The notes beneath the pieces are model-generated. The model made no database searches and had not been told where the DNA came from. It saw nothing but the letters and a program-made list of their open reading frames with translations. From Polyangiaceae bacterium (lineage in GTDB: Bacteria > Myxococcota_A > Polyangia > Polyangiales > Polyangiaceae): a stretch of 64,000 bases of DNA. Location of the stretch: the NCBI GenBank assembly GCA_035063585.1, contig JAPSGB010000001.1:1-64000 (forward strand), read 5' to 3'. Made by a program: the position numbers and the translations under genes. Below are positions 27,713 to 39,856 of this stretch, piece after piece (the stretch's first letter is position 1; each line of letters opens with the position of its first letter).

Positions 27713-28531
27713 ATGAACCCGAAGTCACTCTCGAGCCTGACGCTGCTCCTCTCCGCTTCGGCGCTCGGCGCTTGCACGACGCTCGGCCCGATGCCGGCCA
27801 CTACCGGGCTGATCGCGCCCGAAGCGGGGCGACCGAACGTGGAGGCGCAAGTCGGCGCCGTGCCCGGGTTCGTGCTGAGCCAGACGACCCAAGACAAGGC
27901 GAAGGGCACTCCCATCGCGCAGGCCAGTGGGATGCTCGAGCCGGGCCGCTGGATCGGCGTACCGGGGCTCGGCGCAGGCGCAAGGATGGCGTCGGTCGGT
28001 GACGACCAGAACGTCGAGCCGATGCTGCGCTACCGCGGCTCGCTCCTCGAAGGCGACAGCTTGACCGGTGTCGCCGTAGCGTACGGGACGTACGCCACTG
28101 GCGCGGAGCAGAGCGCCGACTACCAACTGGCGCGGGGTGGCCTCGAGCTCGGCATCGACGCGCGCTTCACGCCGCGGAGCGTGTGGGCAGAGGCCCATGT
28201 GTTCCTCTCGACCTCGCTCACCGGTCTGAGCGGCGACGGACACTACTGCCTCGACGCGAACCGTCGCTACGGCGCCGACTGCAACAGCTACTCGCCCGAC
28301 GAACCGGATCGGGTGCCCGTCGCAGCGTCCATTCGCGGGTTTTATCCGGCGCTGACCTCTGGGGTCGCGCTCGATTTCGGCCGTCACCTCGAGTCGATCT
28401 TCCATGGCGGGCGGCTCGCGGTCATGATGAGCGGAGGCAGCCAGCCGACGCTCGTCGGCGGAGCTCAACAGGACGCGCGCCCCTTCATCGCGGGGGGGTT
28501 CACCCTGACCCTGGCCGCCGGCGCCCTCTAG
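27713..28531 (+). CDS. Lipoprotein, beta-rich
   Basis: Lipobox LGAC; amphipathic strands. Confidence 0.65.
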   Translation: MNPKSLSSLTLLLSASALGACTTLGPMPATTGLIAPEAGRPNVEAQVGAVPGFVLSQTTQDKAKGTPIAQASGMLEPGRWIGVPGLGAGARMASVGDDQNVEPMLRYRGSLLEGDSLTGVAVAYGTYATGAEQSADYQLARGGLELGIDARFTPRSVWAEAHVFLSTSLTGLSGDGHYCLDANRRYGADCNSYSPDEPDRVPVAASIRGFYPALTSGVALDFGRHLESIFHGGRLAVMMSGGSQPTLVGGAQQDARPFIAGGFTLTLAAGAL

Positions 28532-28576
28532 TGGGCGGCGAGGGCGACGCGGGGTTCCGCGCCGCCCCGGCAGACC

Positions 28577-30682
<2,106 letters not shown>

Positions 30683-30716
30683 GGGGTCCTCGAGGCTGAA
30701 GATAGCATGGGGGGCT

Positions 30717-31958
30717 TCACGGGCTCATGAAGGAAGCCAGGCCGCCGATCACGCTCGCGAGCGCGGGCCGAGCGCTACCGTCCGCGCGGCGGAGCCCGAG
30801 CGAGCACGCGAACGCCTCGGCGGCCTCGTCCCCCGGCGCCGCGCCGAGCGCGAGCGCACGTTCGGCGCAGAGCGCCGGCGGAGCGTCGTCGAGCGCGTCC
30901 ACGACCACCACGGGGTAGTCGGCACGGCGTAGCGCGAGGGTCTTGAAGAGATCATCGAGGAAGGCGCGCTGCCGCTCCTCGGAGCCCGCCGCGGCGCCCG
31001 CGCTCGGATATCCGACGCGTGCGAGCACGATCGGAAACGGCGCCGCGTCCGCGCCGCGGAGCGCGGCCGAGAGCGCGGACAAATCGCTCGAGGCCGTGCC
31101 GGGCGCCCGCGCGGAGAAATCCTGCCCCATCGGGAAGTAGCTCGCCATCGCGACGTCGCCCCGACGCGCGAGCGCGACCAGCCCGGGCGGAGAGTCCGCG
31201 ACCAGGCCGTCGAGCGTCGCACCGACCCCGACGGCCACGCCCGGGGGGAGCGCAGGCGCAGCGCGCGCATACTCGACGAGGTGCGCGAAGAGCGCGATGA
31301 GCTCCGCGCGCTCGCCCGGCGACGCGAGCCGAAGCGAACGATCGAGCTCCGAGCCGAGCTCGAGATACGCGAGCTCGGCTCCGAAGCTGGTGAGCGCTCG
31401 ATCGATCAGCCGCTCGGCGGCCGCGCGCGTCTCGACCGAGCCCCAGCTCCCGAGCCCATCCGGTCGAGCGTCGAGGGCGCCGTCCACGAGCGCGAGCGAG
31501 AACACGAGCTTCCGCTGGGACTCGGCGAGCAGCCTCCCGGTGGCCGTCAGACGCCTCCACTCGTCTTCGCGCGGCGCGAGCGACGCGTCGAACAGCTCAC
31601 GCCACCGGCGCTCCACGGTGACCGCGCGTGAGCCGAGCGCGATGACGTCGAGGACGCCAGCGAGCTCGTTCGCGGGCGTCACACCAGCGTCGTCCGCGAC
31701 GCGCGCGCCCGGTAGCACACCGACGCGTACCGGTGAGGAGGCTGCGTCCGGCGGCGGCGCGTCGCTCTCCAGTTCGCTCGAGGCGTCGCGAGGAGCAGCG
31801 TCGCTCGCGCCCGCCTCGCGCCCGCCCGCGCCCGTCTCGGCCGCCGCGTCGCGCGCGCGCTCGACCAGCGGCGGCTCGGTCGACGCGCAGCCGGCGAGCA
31901 CGGCGGCCCACGCGCCGAGCGGGAAGAGCCAGGCGCCGAGGTCGAACCGAGACCGCAC
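30717..31958 (-). CDS. Lipoprotein with glycoside-hydrolase-like TIM barrel
   Basis: Lipobox [39 protein letters not shown]. Confidence 0.55.
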   Translation of the reverse strand: MRSRFDLGAWLFPLGAWAAVLAGCASTEPPLVERARDAAAETGAGGREAGASDAAPRDASSELESDAPPPDAASSPVRVGVLPGARVADDAGVTPANELAGVLDVIALGSRAVTVERRWRELFDASLAPREDEWRRLTATGRLLAESQRKLVFSLALVDGALDARPDGLGSWGSVETRAAAERLIDRALTSFGAELAYLELGSELDRSLRLASPGERAELIALFAHLVEYARAAPALPPGVAVGVGATLDGLVADSPPGLVALARRGDVAMASYFPMGQDFSARAPGTASSDLSALSAALRGADAAPFPIVLARVGYPSAGAAAGSEERQRAFLDDLFKTLALRRADYPVVVVDALDDAPPALCAERALALGAAPGDEAAEAFACSLGLRRADGSARPALASVIGGLASFMSP

Positions 31959-32074
31959 GGATCTCAGGTTAGCAGAGCTTCGGGGGGCGCCGGCCCGGCG
32001 CGGAACCATCAGGACAAGACCCGGTAATGACGTAGCTTTTTCGGTGGTTCACGCACCTGAGCTATGGTCGCCGC

Positions 32075-34333
32075 GTGCCGGAATCGACGCGCTCTCCGCT
32101 GGTCGACGCGCCGCTCTCTTCACGTACCGGCGGCGCCGCTCCAAAACCGAACGGTGGCGAACTCTACCTGAACCGCGAGCTCTCCTGGCTCGAGTTCAAC
32201 GCGCGCGTGCTCGCCGAGGCCGCGTCCGAGCGGGTCCCGCTCTACGAGCGGCTGAAGTTCCTCGCCATCTTCTCGACGAACCTCGACGAGTTCTTCATGG
32301 TACGCGTCGCTGGCCTGCAGGCGCAGCGCGACGGCGAGGTCGAGGAGGCGCCGCCCGACGGCATGACGCCCGAGCAGCAGCTCACGGCCATCAGCAAGCG
32401 CGCGCGAGAGCTGGTGGCGGAGCAGTATCGAGTGTGGAACGAGCAGATCCTCCCGGCGCTCCGCGCGGCCGAGGTCGCGCTGGTGCGGCCGGAGGAACTG
32501 AGCCCCGAGGATCAGAGGGCGCTCGACGAGCATTTTCGTCAGGACATCTTCCCGGTGCTCACGCCGATCGCCATCGATCCGGTGCACCCGTTTCCGCACG
32601 TGCGAAATAGGGGGATCAACGTCGGCGTGATCTTCGCCAAGCACGCGCACACCAACGAGCCGTCCTTCGGGGTCGTCCAGGTGCCCACCTCGCTGCCCCG
32701 CATCATCCGTGTCCCGCTGGCGGGTATGCGGCGCGCCTACGTGCGGCTCGAGGATCTGATCCTCCGCAACGAGGAGCTCATCTTCCCGCAGGTGACCATC
32801 CTCGGGCAGTACGCGTTCCGCGTGACCCGCAACTTCGACATCGAGATCGACGAAGACGAGGCGGAAGATCTGCTGATCTCGCTTCAGGCGGAGCTCCGGC
32901 GGCGAGAGCGCGGGCACGCGGTGCGGCTCGAGGTGACCGCCGACGCGCCCGACGACTCGATCCACTGGCTCTGTCACGAGCTCGATCTCGAGCCCGGCCA
33001 TGACGTGTACCGGGTGCCGGGCGCGCTCTCACTCGCGGACATGACCGAGATGTCGTCGCCCGACGACCGCCGCGAGCTCCGCGACGAGACGTACGTGCCG
33101 CAGTATGTGCCGCCGCTCCGCGACTCGGACGACTTCTTCGAGACCATCCGCGAGCGGGACGTGCTCCTCCACCACCCGTACGAGTCCTTCGAGGCGGTGG
33201 TCGATTTCTTGTCGCAGGCCGCCGAGGATCCTCAGGTCCTCGCCATCAAGCAGACGCTCTATCGCACCGGCGGCGAGTCACCGATGGTGCGCGCGCTGCA
33301 GCGCGCCGCGGAGCTCGGCAAGCAGGTGACCACGCTGGTCGAGCTCAAGGCGCGCTTCGACGAGGAGAGCAACATCCGCTGGGCGCGCACCCTCGAGCGG
33401 TCGGGCGTCAACGTGATGTACGGGCTCATGGGCCTGAAGACTCACGCCAAGGTGCTCATGGTGGTGCGAAAGGAGCGCACCGGCCTCAAGCGCTACGTGC
33501 ACCTCGCCACCGGGAACTATAACCAGCAGACGGCGCGGATCTACGAGGACCTCTCGCTCTTTACGGCTCGCGAGGACATCGCGGAGGACGCGACGGCGCT
33601 CTTCAACCTGCTCACCGGCTACAGCGCGCCGCCCCGGTGGAACCGCCTCATCGTCGCGCCGCTCGGGCTCCACGAGGCCATCCTCGGGCTCATCCTGCGC
33701 GAGACGGAGCACGCACGCCAAGGGCGGAAGGCGCGGATCATCGCCAAGATGAACGCGCTCGTCGACGCCGACGTCATTGCGGCGCTCTACGCGGCGTCGC
33801 AGGCCGGCGTCGAGATCGACCTCATCGTGCGCGGGATTTGCTGCCTGCGCCCGGGGGTCGAGGGCAAGAGCACCAACATCCGCGTCCACGCGCTCATCGA
33901 TCGCTTCCTCGAGCACGCGCGCATCTACTATTTCGCCAACGGCGGCAGCGAGGAGGTGTTCTGCTCGAGCGCCGACTGGATGCCGCGGAACTTCAGCCGG
34001 CGCGTGGAGGTCATGTTCCCGATCTTGAACGACGCGCTCGCGCGCCGCGTCATCGACGAGGTGCTCGCCACCATGCTGGCCGACAACGTCAAGAACTGGA
34101 CGCTCCGCGCGGACGGCACCTACGCGCGTGAGACGCCCGCGCCCGGCACGGCGCCCCTCCGCAGCCAGTCGCGCTTCATGGAGCTCGCGCGCGAGCGGGC
34201 GCGCGACGTCGATCCGCGGCTCTCGCTCGCCGGCGGCCAGCTCGCGCCCGCGCCGAGCCCGCGCGCGAAGCTCGAAGCGCCGCGGAAGAAGGGCGGGAAG
34301 AAGGGGCGCCGCAAGCGCCATCTCGACGACTGA
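32075..34333 (+). CDS. ppk1: Polyphosphate kinase 1
   Basis: NRELSWLEFN, NLDEFFMVRVAG, LHHPYESF, ELKARFDE, KTHAK, SSADWMPRN. Confidence 0.96.
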   Translation: MPESTRSPLVDAPLSSRTGGAAPKPNGGELYLNRELSWLEFNARVLAEAASERVPLYERLKFLAIFSTNLDEFFMVRVAGLQAQRDGEVEEAPPDGMTPEQQLTAISKRARELVAEQYRVWNEQILPALRAAEVALVRPEELSPEDQRALDEHFRQDIFPVLTPIAIDPVHPFPHVRNRGINVGVIFAKHAHTNEPSFGVVQVPTSLPRIIRVPLAGMRRAYVRLEDLILRNEELIFPQVTILGQYAFRVTRNFDIEIDEDEAEDLLISLQAELRRRERGHAVRLEVTADAPDDSIHWLCHELDLEPGHDVYRVPGALSLADMTEMSSPDDRRELRDETYVPQYVPPLRDSDDFFETIRERDVLLHHPYESFEAVVDFLSQAAEDPQVLAIKQTLYRTGGESPMVRALQRAAELGKQVTTLVELKARFDEESNIRWARTLERSGVNVMYGLMGLKTHAKVLMVVRKERTGLKRYVHLATGNYNQQTARIYEDLSLFTAREDIAEDATALFNLLTGYSAPPRWNRLIVAPLGLHEAILGLILRETEHARQGRKARIIAKMNALVDADVIAALYAASQAGVEIDLIVRGICCLRPGVEGKSTNIRVHALIDRFLEHARIYYFANGGSEEVFCSSADWMPRNFSRRVEVMFPILNDALARRVIDEVLATMLADNVKNWTLRADGTYARETPAPGTAPLRSQSRFMELARERARDVDPRLSLAGGQLAPAPSPRAKLEAPRKKGGKKGRRKRHLDD

Positions 34334-34343
34334 CGCGCCGCGA

Positions 34344-34907
34344 TCAATCCGCCGACGGCGCGAGATCGATGGGGTTCGACGGAGCGCCGCGATGCAGCCC
34401 GCCGTCGCCCACCCAGTAGATGTACCGAGGCGCTGGCGCGTCGTCGAGAAAGACGTCGATGCGCGCGGTCGCGCCCGGCTCGGTGACGAAGGTAAGCCCA
34501 TCGCTGCCGTAAGCGGTGGTCGCGACGAGGCGGACCGCGCCGTCGTCCGTCCAGTCGACCCAGTCGCCGTCGCTCGACTCGAGGCCCTCCGGCGCAAAAT
34601 CCTGCACGCCGTCGCTCGCGTCCACGATGATGTCAAACTGGCAAGAGTACCTGCTCGTCTTCGTGTCGCACGAGGTGAACACGCGCCACGTTCCGCCCGA
34701 CGCGTACTCGACGAACACCCCCGCGCCGGTCCCGAACGAGACCTCGGCGATGGTCGCGTCGGTGTCGATGGTGCTCAGCGGGACGCTCGTAGGCGCGGCG
34801 CCAGCGCTGCCTCCTCCACCCCCGATCGGGTGCGGCTCGACGCCGTAGGTGCACGCGCTGGCGAGGAGGGCGAGCGGGAAGGCGAGCGCGAAGAGCTGAC
34901 GATGCAT
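34344..34907 (-). CDS. Lipoprotein of unknown function
   Basis: Lipobox ASAC; beta-rich domain with Cys pair. Confidence 0.65.
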   Translation of the reverse strand: MHRQLFALAFPLALLASACTYGVEPHPIGGGGGSAGAAPTSVPLSTIDTDATIAEVSFGTGAGVFVEYASGGTWRVFTSCDTKTSRYSCQFDIIVDASDGVQDFAPEGLESSDGDWVDWTDDGAVRLVATTAYGSDGLTFVTEPGATARIDVFLDDAPAPRYIYWVGDGGLHRGAPSNPIDLAPSAD

Positions 34908-34923
34908 GGGTGAGACCTCGGGT

Positions 34924-36228
34924 TCAGCGACGATGACCGCCGCGGCTCGAGCCCCGTCCAGCTCCGGAATGCCCGCCGGATGGGTGCGAGTACGTCGGGG
35001 CCGAATACGTAGGGCGCGAGTACGTCGGGGCCGAGTACGAAGGGCGCGAATACGTCGGGGCCGAGTACGAAGGGCGCGAGTACGTCGGGGCCGAGTACGA
35101 AGGGCGCGAGTACGTCGGGGCCGAGTACGAAGGGCGCGAGTACGCCGGCGCGGGACGCGAGTACGCCGGCGCGGGACGCGAGTACGCCGGCGCGGGACGC
35201 GAGTACGTCGGGCGCGAGTACGTCGGGGCGCTCGGCGTCGCGGCCGGCGCGCCGAGCGTGCGGCTCCGCGCGCCAGCGCCCTCGCCGCTGAGCGTCGTCG
35301 GTCGAGCGAGACGCGTCGCGGGCTGCGCCGAACCGAGCGAGCGCGCCGCCGGCCGCGCCGGAGCGGCAGCAGCCGAGCCGGGCGCGCTCCCTCGCGAGAA
35401 GCTCGCCGCGCGCGGGCGCGAAGCGGCCACCGCGCGGGCGTTCGCCGGCGTGCGCTGGCGCGGGACGGCGGACGCGGGGATACGCGCGCGCGCCGGCGTC
35501 GGGCTCGAGCGGCCGTAGCGGCGCGCGTCGTAGCGGCTGGTGTGCCCGGCGATCCGCTGCACCTCGCGGTGATCGTGCACGATGTAGTGGTGGACGTGCG
35601 GCGAGAAGGCGTACGCGCTCGGGCAGAACACGTACGCCGCCGGCACGCCGAACCAGAACGAGACGGCCGCACCGTCATACCAGCCCCAGGTCGGCGGCAT
35701 GGGCGCCCAGCCGACGTAAGCGTAGCCGTCGGTCGGCACGCGCCACACCACCCAGGCGTCCGAGTACTGCCGCCCCGGGATCCACGACCACCCGACCGAG
35801 TCGATCCACACCCAGCGCCCGTAATGGAACACGACCCAGCCGAACGGGTAGTCGCTCACCCACATCCACCCGCCGCTCGGGCCGAGTGCCCAGTGTCCGC
35901 TCGTCACGTATGGTGCGAAATCCGCACCGACGACTGCGGGATCCGGCACCCACACGACGCCGTACGCGGGGTCATTCACCCAGCGCCCGTAGGGCGCGAG
36001 CGGCTGGTTGAAGTCGGTGAGCGCCGACGGATCGTCGTCCGCGACCTCGGCCCCCTCCGCGGGCGCCGCGCCGGCGGATTCGCCGGCGGCAGAGCCCGAA
36101 TCGTCGTCCGTCCACCCTGAGTCATCCGCGCTCTGGGCCCGCGCGACCGCGGGCGCGCCTGCCACGGCGGCGAGCGCGACGAGCGCCGCCGCCCACCTCG
36201 ACCATCGCACCGACATGTTCATGATCAT
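34924..36228 (-). CDS. Exported DUF6600/YXWGXW-like protein with Tyr-Ser-Pro repeat tail
   Basis: L.PYGRWV, PY..GHW, WVSDYPFGWVVFHYGRW, WIPG, WVVWR, VGWAPMPP; start uncertain (36216-36234). Confidence 0.75.
   Translation of the reverse strand: MIMNMSVRWSRWAAALVALAAVAGAPAVARAQSADDSGWTDDDSGSAAGESAGAAPAEGAEVADDDPSALTDFNQPLAPYGRWVNDPAYGVVWVPDPAVVGADFAPYVTSGHWALGPSGGWMWVSDYPFGWVVFHYGRWVWIDSVGWSWIPGRQYSDAWVVWRVPTDGYAYVGWAPMPPTWGWYDGAAVSFWFGVPAAYVFCPSAYAFSPHVHHYIVHDHREVQRIAGHTSRYDARRYGRSSPTPARARIPASAVPRQRTPANARAVAASRPRAASFSRGSAPGSAAAAPARPAARSLGSAQPATRLARPTTLSGEGAGARSRTLGAPAATPSAPTYSRPTYSRPAPAYSRPAPAYSRPAPAYSRPSYSAPTYSRPSYSAPTYSRPSYSAPTYSRPSYSAPTYSRPTYSAPTYSHPSGGHSGAGRGSSRGGHRR
34985..35230. repeat. 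Coding tandem repeats (30-bp and 21-bp units)
   Basis: About 5x GAGTACGTCGGGGCCGAGTACGAAGGGCGC then 3x GAGTACGCCGGCGCGGGACGC, encoding YSRPSYSAPT / YSRPAPA. Confidence 0.9.
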
Positions 36229-36487
36229 GCGCTCCACGCTGAGGCTAAGCAACCCGCGTACCGACCCGCGGGCTCTCCCCCCCTCGGCGCGCGCGCCGCC
36301 CCAGTTTCGCGAATTCGCCCAACGATTCCGCTGACCTGGTCGGCCTAGTCGGGCGCGGCAGGTCTGGTCGGCCCGGCGCGGAACCCCGCGGGACGCGTGA
36401 ACCGCCGGGTGTGGCGCGAGGGCGACAACGGCATAGCCGCGCGGGCTCGCGGCGCGAGCGGGCGCGAAGTCGGGCTAGGCTCGCCCC

Positions 36488-37678
36488 ATGCTCGACCCTG
36501 ACGAAGCTCTCGACCGCGTGCTCGCGGGCGTGGAGCGGCTCGGTACGGAGCGCGTCGCGCTCGACGCCGCCGACGAGCGCTTCCTCGCCGAGACGCTGAT
36601 CGCGAGCGCGCCGCTCCCGCCGACCGACTACAGCGCGATGGACGGCTACGCGGTCGCGCGCGCGGATTTTTCCGGCGACGGCCCATGGACGCTGCCGGTG
36701 CACGGCGAGAGCCAGACCGGGCACGAGCCCCCGCGGCTCGAGCCCGGGCGGACGTGCCGGATCTTCACCGGCGCGACGCTACCGCCCGGCGCCGACGCGG
36801 TCGTGATGCAGGAAGAGGTCGAGCGCGACGGCGAGCGCGCGCGCTTCACGGCGCGTCCCGAGCCGGGCGCGCACGTCCGGCGCGCGGGCGAAGATCTCGC
36901 GGCCGGCGCGGTCGCGCTCGGGGCCGGGGTGCGGCTCGGCCCGGCGCAGCTCGCGCTCGCCGCCGCGCTCGATCGCGCCGAGGTCGAGGTGGCGCGACGC
37001 CCGCGCGCGGTCGTGGTGTGCACCGGCGACGAGCTCCGCGCGCCGGGCAGCGCACCGCGCCCCGGCAGCATCCCCGAGTCGAACGGGTTCGCGATCGCCG
37101 CGCTCGCGCGGCGCGCGGGCGCCGAGGCGCGTGTCGCGCCGCTGGTCGGCGACGACGCGGCGGCGACGCGGGCGGCCCTCGAGCGCGCGCTCGAGGACGC
37201 CGACCTGCTCGTCACCATCGGCGGCGTGAGCGTCGGCGAGCACGATCTCGTGCGCCCCGCGCTCGAGGCGGCGGGCGCCTCGCTCGACTTCTGGAAGGTC
37301 GCCATTCGCCCGGGAAAGCCGCTCGCGTTCGGGCGCTCGAGCCGCGCGCTGGTGCTCGGCCTGCCGGGCAACCCAGTGAGCGCGCAGGTGACCTTCACGC
37401 TGTTCGGCGTGCCGCTGCTCCACGCGCTGCAGGGCGCGACCCGCGCGCGCACCGAGACTCGCCTGGCGCGGCTCACCGCCCCGCTCCGACAGCGGCCCGG
37501 GCGACGCGGGTACTATCGCGCGCGGCTCGAGGGTGAGCACGCGACGCCGCTCTCCAACCAGGCGTCGGGCGCGGTCACCGGCATGGCCTGGGCGAACGCG
37601 CTCGTCGTGGTGCCGGCGGACTCGGACGGTTACGCCGAGGATGAGCTCGTGCCGGTCATCCCGCTCGGAGAGCGGTGA
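36488..37678 (+). CDS. moeA: Molybdopterin molybdotransferase
   Basis: SAMDGYA, RIFTGA.LP.GADAVVMQE, TGDEL, GGVSVG, RPGKP, LPGNPVSA. Confidence 0.95.
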   Translation: MLDPDEALDRVLAGVERLGTERVALDAADERFLAETLIASAPLPPTDYSAMDGYAVARADFSGDGPWTLPVHGESQTGHEPPRLEPGRTCRIFTGATLPPGADAVVMQEEVERDGERARFTARPEPGAHVRRAGEDLAAGAVALGAGVRLGPAQLALAAALDRAEVEVARRPRAVVVCTGDELRAPGSAPRPGSIPESNGFAIAALARRAGAEARVAPLVGDDAAATRAALERALEDADLLVTIGGVSVGEHDLVRPALEAAGASLDFWKVAIRPGKPLAFGRSSRALVLGLPGNPVSAQVTFTLFGVPLLHALQGATRARTETRLARLTAPLRQRPGRRGYYRARLEGEHATPLSNQASGAVTGMAWANALVVVPADSDGYAEDELVPVIPLGER

Positions 37679-38235
37679 TCGTCGGGATCTTCGTGGGCGG
37701 CCGCTCGAGCCGCATGGGAGGCGCGCCGAAGGGGCTCTTGCCGGCTCCGGACGGCGCCGGCAGCTTGGTGGAGCGGCTCGCGCGGGTCGCGCACCAGGCG
37801 GTGCCGTTCGCGCGCGTGCTGCTCGTCGGCGAGGCCGCGCCGTACGCGCACCTCGGGCTGCCGACGCTCGCCGACGCGGTCACCGGCGCGGGACCGATCG
37901 GCGGGCTGCTCGCGCTCCTCGAGGCGGGCGAGCAGCGCATCATCGCCCTCTCGTGCGATTTGCCCTACCTCGAGCCCGCGCTCGTCGAGCGGCTCCTGCA
38001 TCACGCGCCCGAGCGCGCCGCCGTCGCGCCGCGCATCGACGGGCGGTGGGAGCCGCTCTGCGCGCGCTACGACGCCGCCGAGTCGAGCGCGGCGGTGCGC
38101 GCGACGCTCGCCGCCTCGGAGCGCTCGCTGCAGCGCGTCTTTGCGCGGCTCGGCGAGCGCGCGGAGGAGCTCCCGCTCGCGCCCGGCGAGCGCGAAGAGC
38201 TCCGCGACTGGGACCGCCCCGAGGACGTGACATGA
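37675..38235 (+). CDS. mobA: Molybdenum cofactor guanylyltransferase
   Basis: GGRSSRMGG.PK, GPIGG, CDLP, EPLCARY. Confidence 0.85.
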   Translation: MIVGIFVGGRSSRMGGAPKGLLPAPDGAGSLVERLARVAHQAVPFARVLLVGEAAPYAHLGLPTLADAVTGAGPIGGLLALLEAGEQRIIALSCDLPYLEPALVERLLHHAPERAAVAPRIDGRWEPLCARYDAAESSAAVRATLAASERSLQRVFARLGERAEELPLAPGEREELRDWDRPEDVT

Positions 38236-38269
38236 GCGCCGCGACGCGAGCGCGAGGAGCCGAGCCATC

Positions 38270-38842
38270 ATGAACCGACGTTGGGCGCTCATCTCGGGCG
38301 CGAAGGGCACGCGAAAATCCGAGACGGCGACGCGCCTCGCGGAGCTCCTCGGGGCGCGCGGCCTCACGGTGGGCGGGGTCATCCAACAGTCGACGCACGA
38401 GAGCGACGACCGCGTGCTCTACCGCGCGCGGCGGCTCGGCGAGCCGCCGCTCGTCATCCCGCTCGCTCGGCGCGGCTCGCCGCCCGAGGGCGCGCGCCCG
38501 GAGGCAGCGTGCACCTTCTGCTCGTTCGTATTCGACCGCGACGCGTTCACCGAGGCGGGAGGCTGGATCCGCGAGGCCGCCGCGCACGCTGACGTGGTCG
38601 TCATCGACGAGGTGAGCAAGCTCGAGGTGTCGCGCGGTGGGCACCACGACGCGATCGCGGCGGCGCTCGGGGAGCGCGCCCTGGTCGTGTTGGTCGTCCG
38701 CGCCGATCAGCTGTTCGCCGTGGTCGAGCGGTTCGAGCTCGAGGATGCGGTCGCCACCCTCGAGCTCGGCGACGACGCGGACGTCGAAGGGTTCGCCGAC
38801 GTCGTCGCGGCGGCGGCCCGCGACGAGGCGCGCCCCTCGTGA
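38270..38842 (+). CDS. NTPase_1/DUF2478-like P-loop protein
   Basis: Degenerate P-loop GAKGTRKS, VGGVIQ, VVVIDEVSKLE. Confidence 0.65.
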   Translation: MNRRWALISGAKGTRKSETATRLAELLGARGLTVGGVIQQSTHESDDRVLYRARRLGEPPLVIPLARRGSPPEGARPEAACTFCSFVFDRDAFTEAGGWIREAAAHADVVVIDEVSKLEVSRGGHHDAIAAALGERALVVLVVRADQLFAVVERFELEDAVATLELGDDADVEGFADVVAAAARDEARPS

Positions 38843-39663
38843 ACACGCGCACGAGCGCGGGCGGCGTCGACTGGCGCGCGCGGTGGCGAGAGATGTTTTC
38901 GGCCGCGGCCGGCGAGGCGGCGCCGCGCGCAGACGACCCGTGGCGCCACCGCGCCGCGCGTTTCGATCGCCTGGGCCGCGAGCGAGCGAACGCCGCGCTC
39001 GAGCACCTCGGGGCGGAGCTCCGCCCGACCGACGTGCTCGCGGATCTCGGCGCGGGCACCTGCCGCCACGCGGTCCCGCTCGCCCGCCGCGCGGCGCGGG
39101 TCATCGCGGTCGAGCCGTCGGCAGCGATGCGCGCGCTCCTCGAGGCGCGGCTGCGCGAAGAGCGCGCAAACGTGAGCGTGGTGGCGGCGAGCTTCCCGTG
39201 CCCGCTCGAGCCGGTCGACGTCGTCTACTCGTGCCACGTGCTCTACGCGATCGCCGAGGCTGCCGAGTTCCTCGACGCGATGACCCGCGCGGCGCGGCGA
39301 ACCTGTCGGCTGGTGCTCGGCCTGCGCGCGCCGAGCGAGCGCATCGCGCCGCTCTGGCAGGCCGTCCACGGCACTCCTCGACCGCCGCGGCCGGCGGCGC
39401 TCGAGGCCTTCGCGCTCCTCCACCAGCTCGGCCACGAGGCGAGCCTTCGCGTCATCCCGGGCGCGATGGAGCCGATGACCTTCAGTCGCTCGCGCGACGA
39501 TCTCGACGAGCTCTGCCACCGCCTGCACCTCGCGCCGGGCCCCGACGAGCGCGCGCGCGTCGAGGCCGCGCTCGACGCCACGTTTCCGTCCGCTTCCCGG
39601 GAGGGCTGGCGCGCCGGCGAGAGCGCGTCGAGCGCGCTCATCGAGTGGCCCGGGCGCGGGTGA
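38839..39663 (+). CDS. Class I SAM-dependent methyltransferase
   Basis: LADLGAGTC, VIAVEPSAAM, DVVYSCHVLY. Confidence 0.8.
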   Translation: MNTRTSAGGVDWRARWREMFSAAAGEAAPRADDPWRHRAARFDRLGRERANAALEHLGAELRPTDVLADLGAGTCRHAVPLARRAARVIAVEPSAAMRALLEARLREERANVSVVAASFPCPLEPVDVVYSCHVLYAIAEAAEFLDAMTRAARRTCRLVLGLRAPSERIAPLWQAVHGTPRPPRPAALEAFALLHQLGHEASLRVIPGAMEPMTFSRSRDDLDELCHRLHLAPGPDERARVEAALDATFPSASREGWRAGESASSALIEWPGRG

Positions 39664-39856
39664 GCGCCTCCGAGGAATTTTCACGGAGGACGCGCGGTAC
39701 TAGTAGCGCTCGGGACCACGAGTCTCGGCAGACTCCTCCGCGTCGCCCTGGATTCGACCCGAGCGCGCGCACCTCGAGCACGCCCCATGATCGGCCGAAC
39801 GGAGTGCGAAACGCTCGCGCTGCCCTTCGGCCAGAAGAGCCTATACTCCGATCGTC

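Noticed and set aside
34985..35230. Possible CRISPR array
   Set aside because: Contiguous tandem units with no unique spacers, lengths are multiples of 3 and in frame with a protein tail; no cas genes
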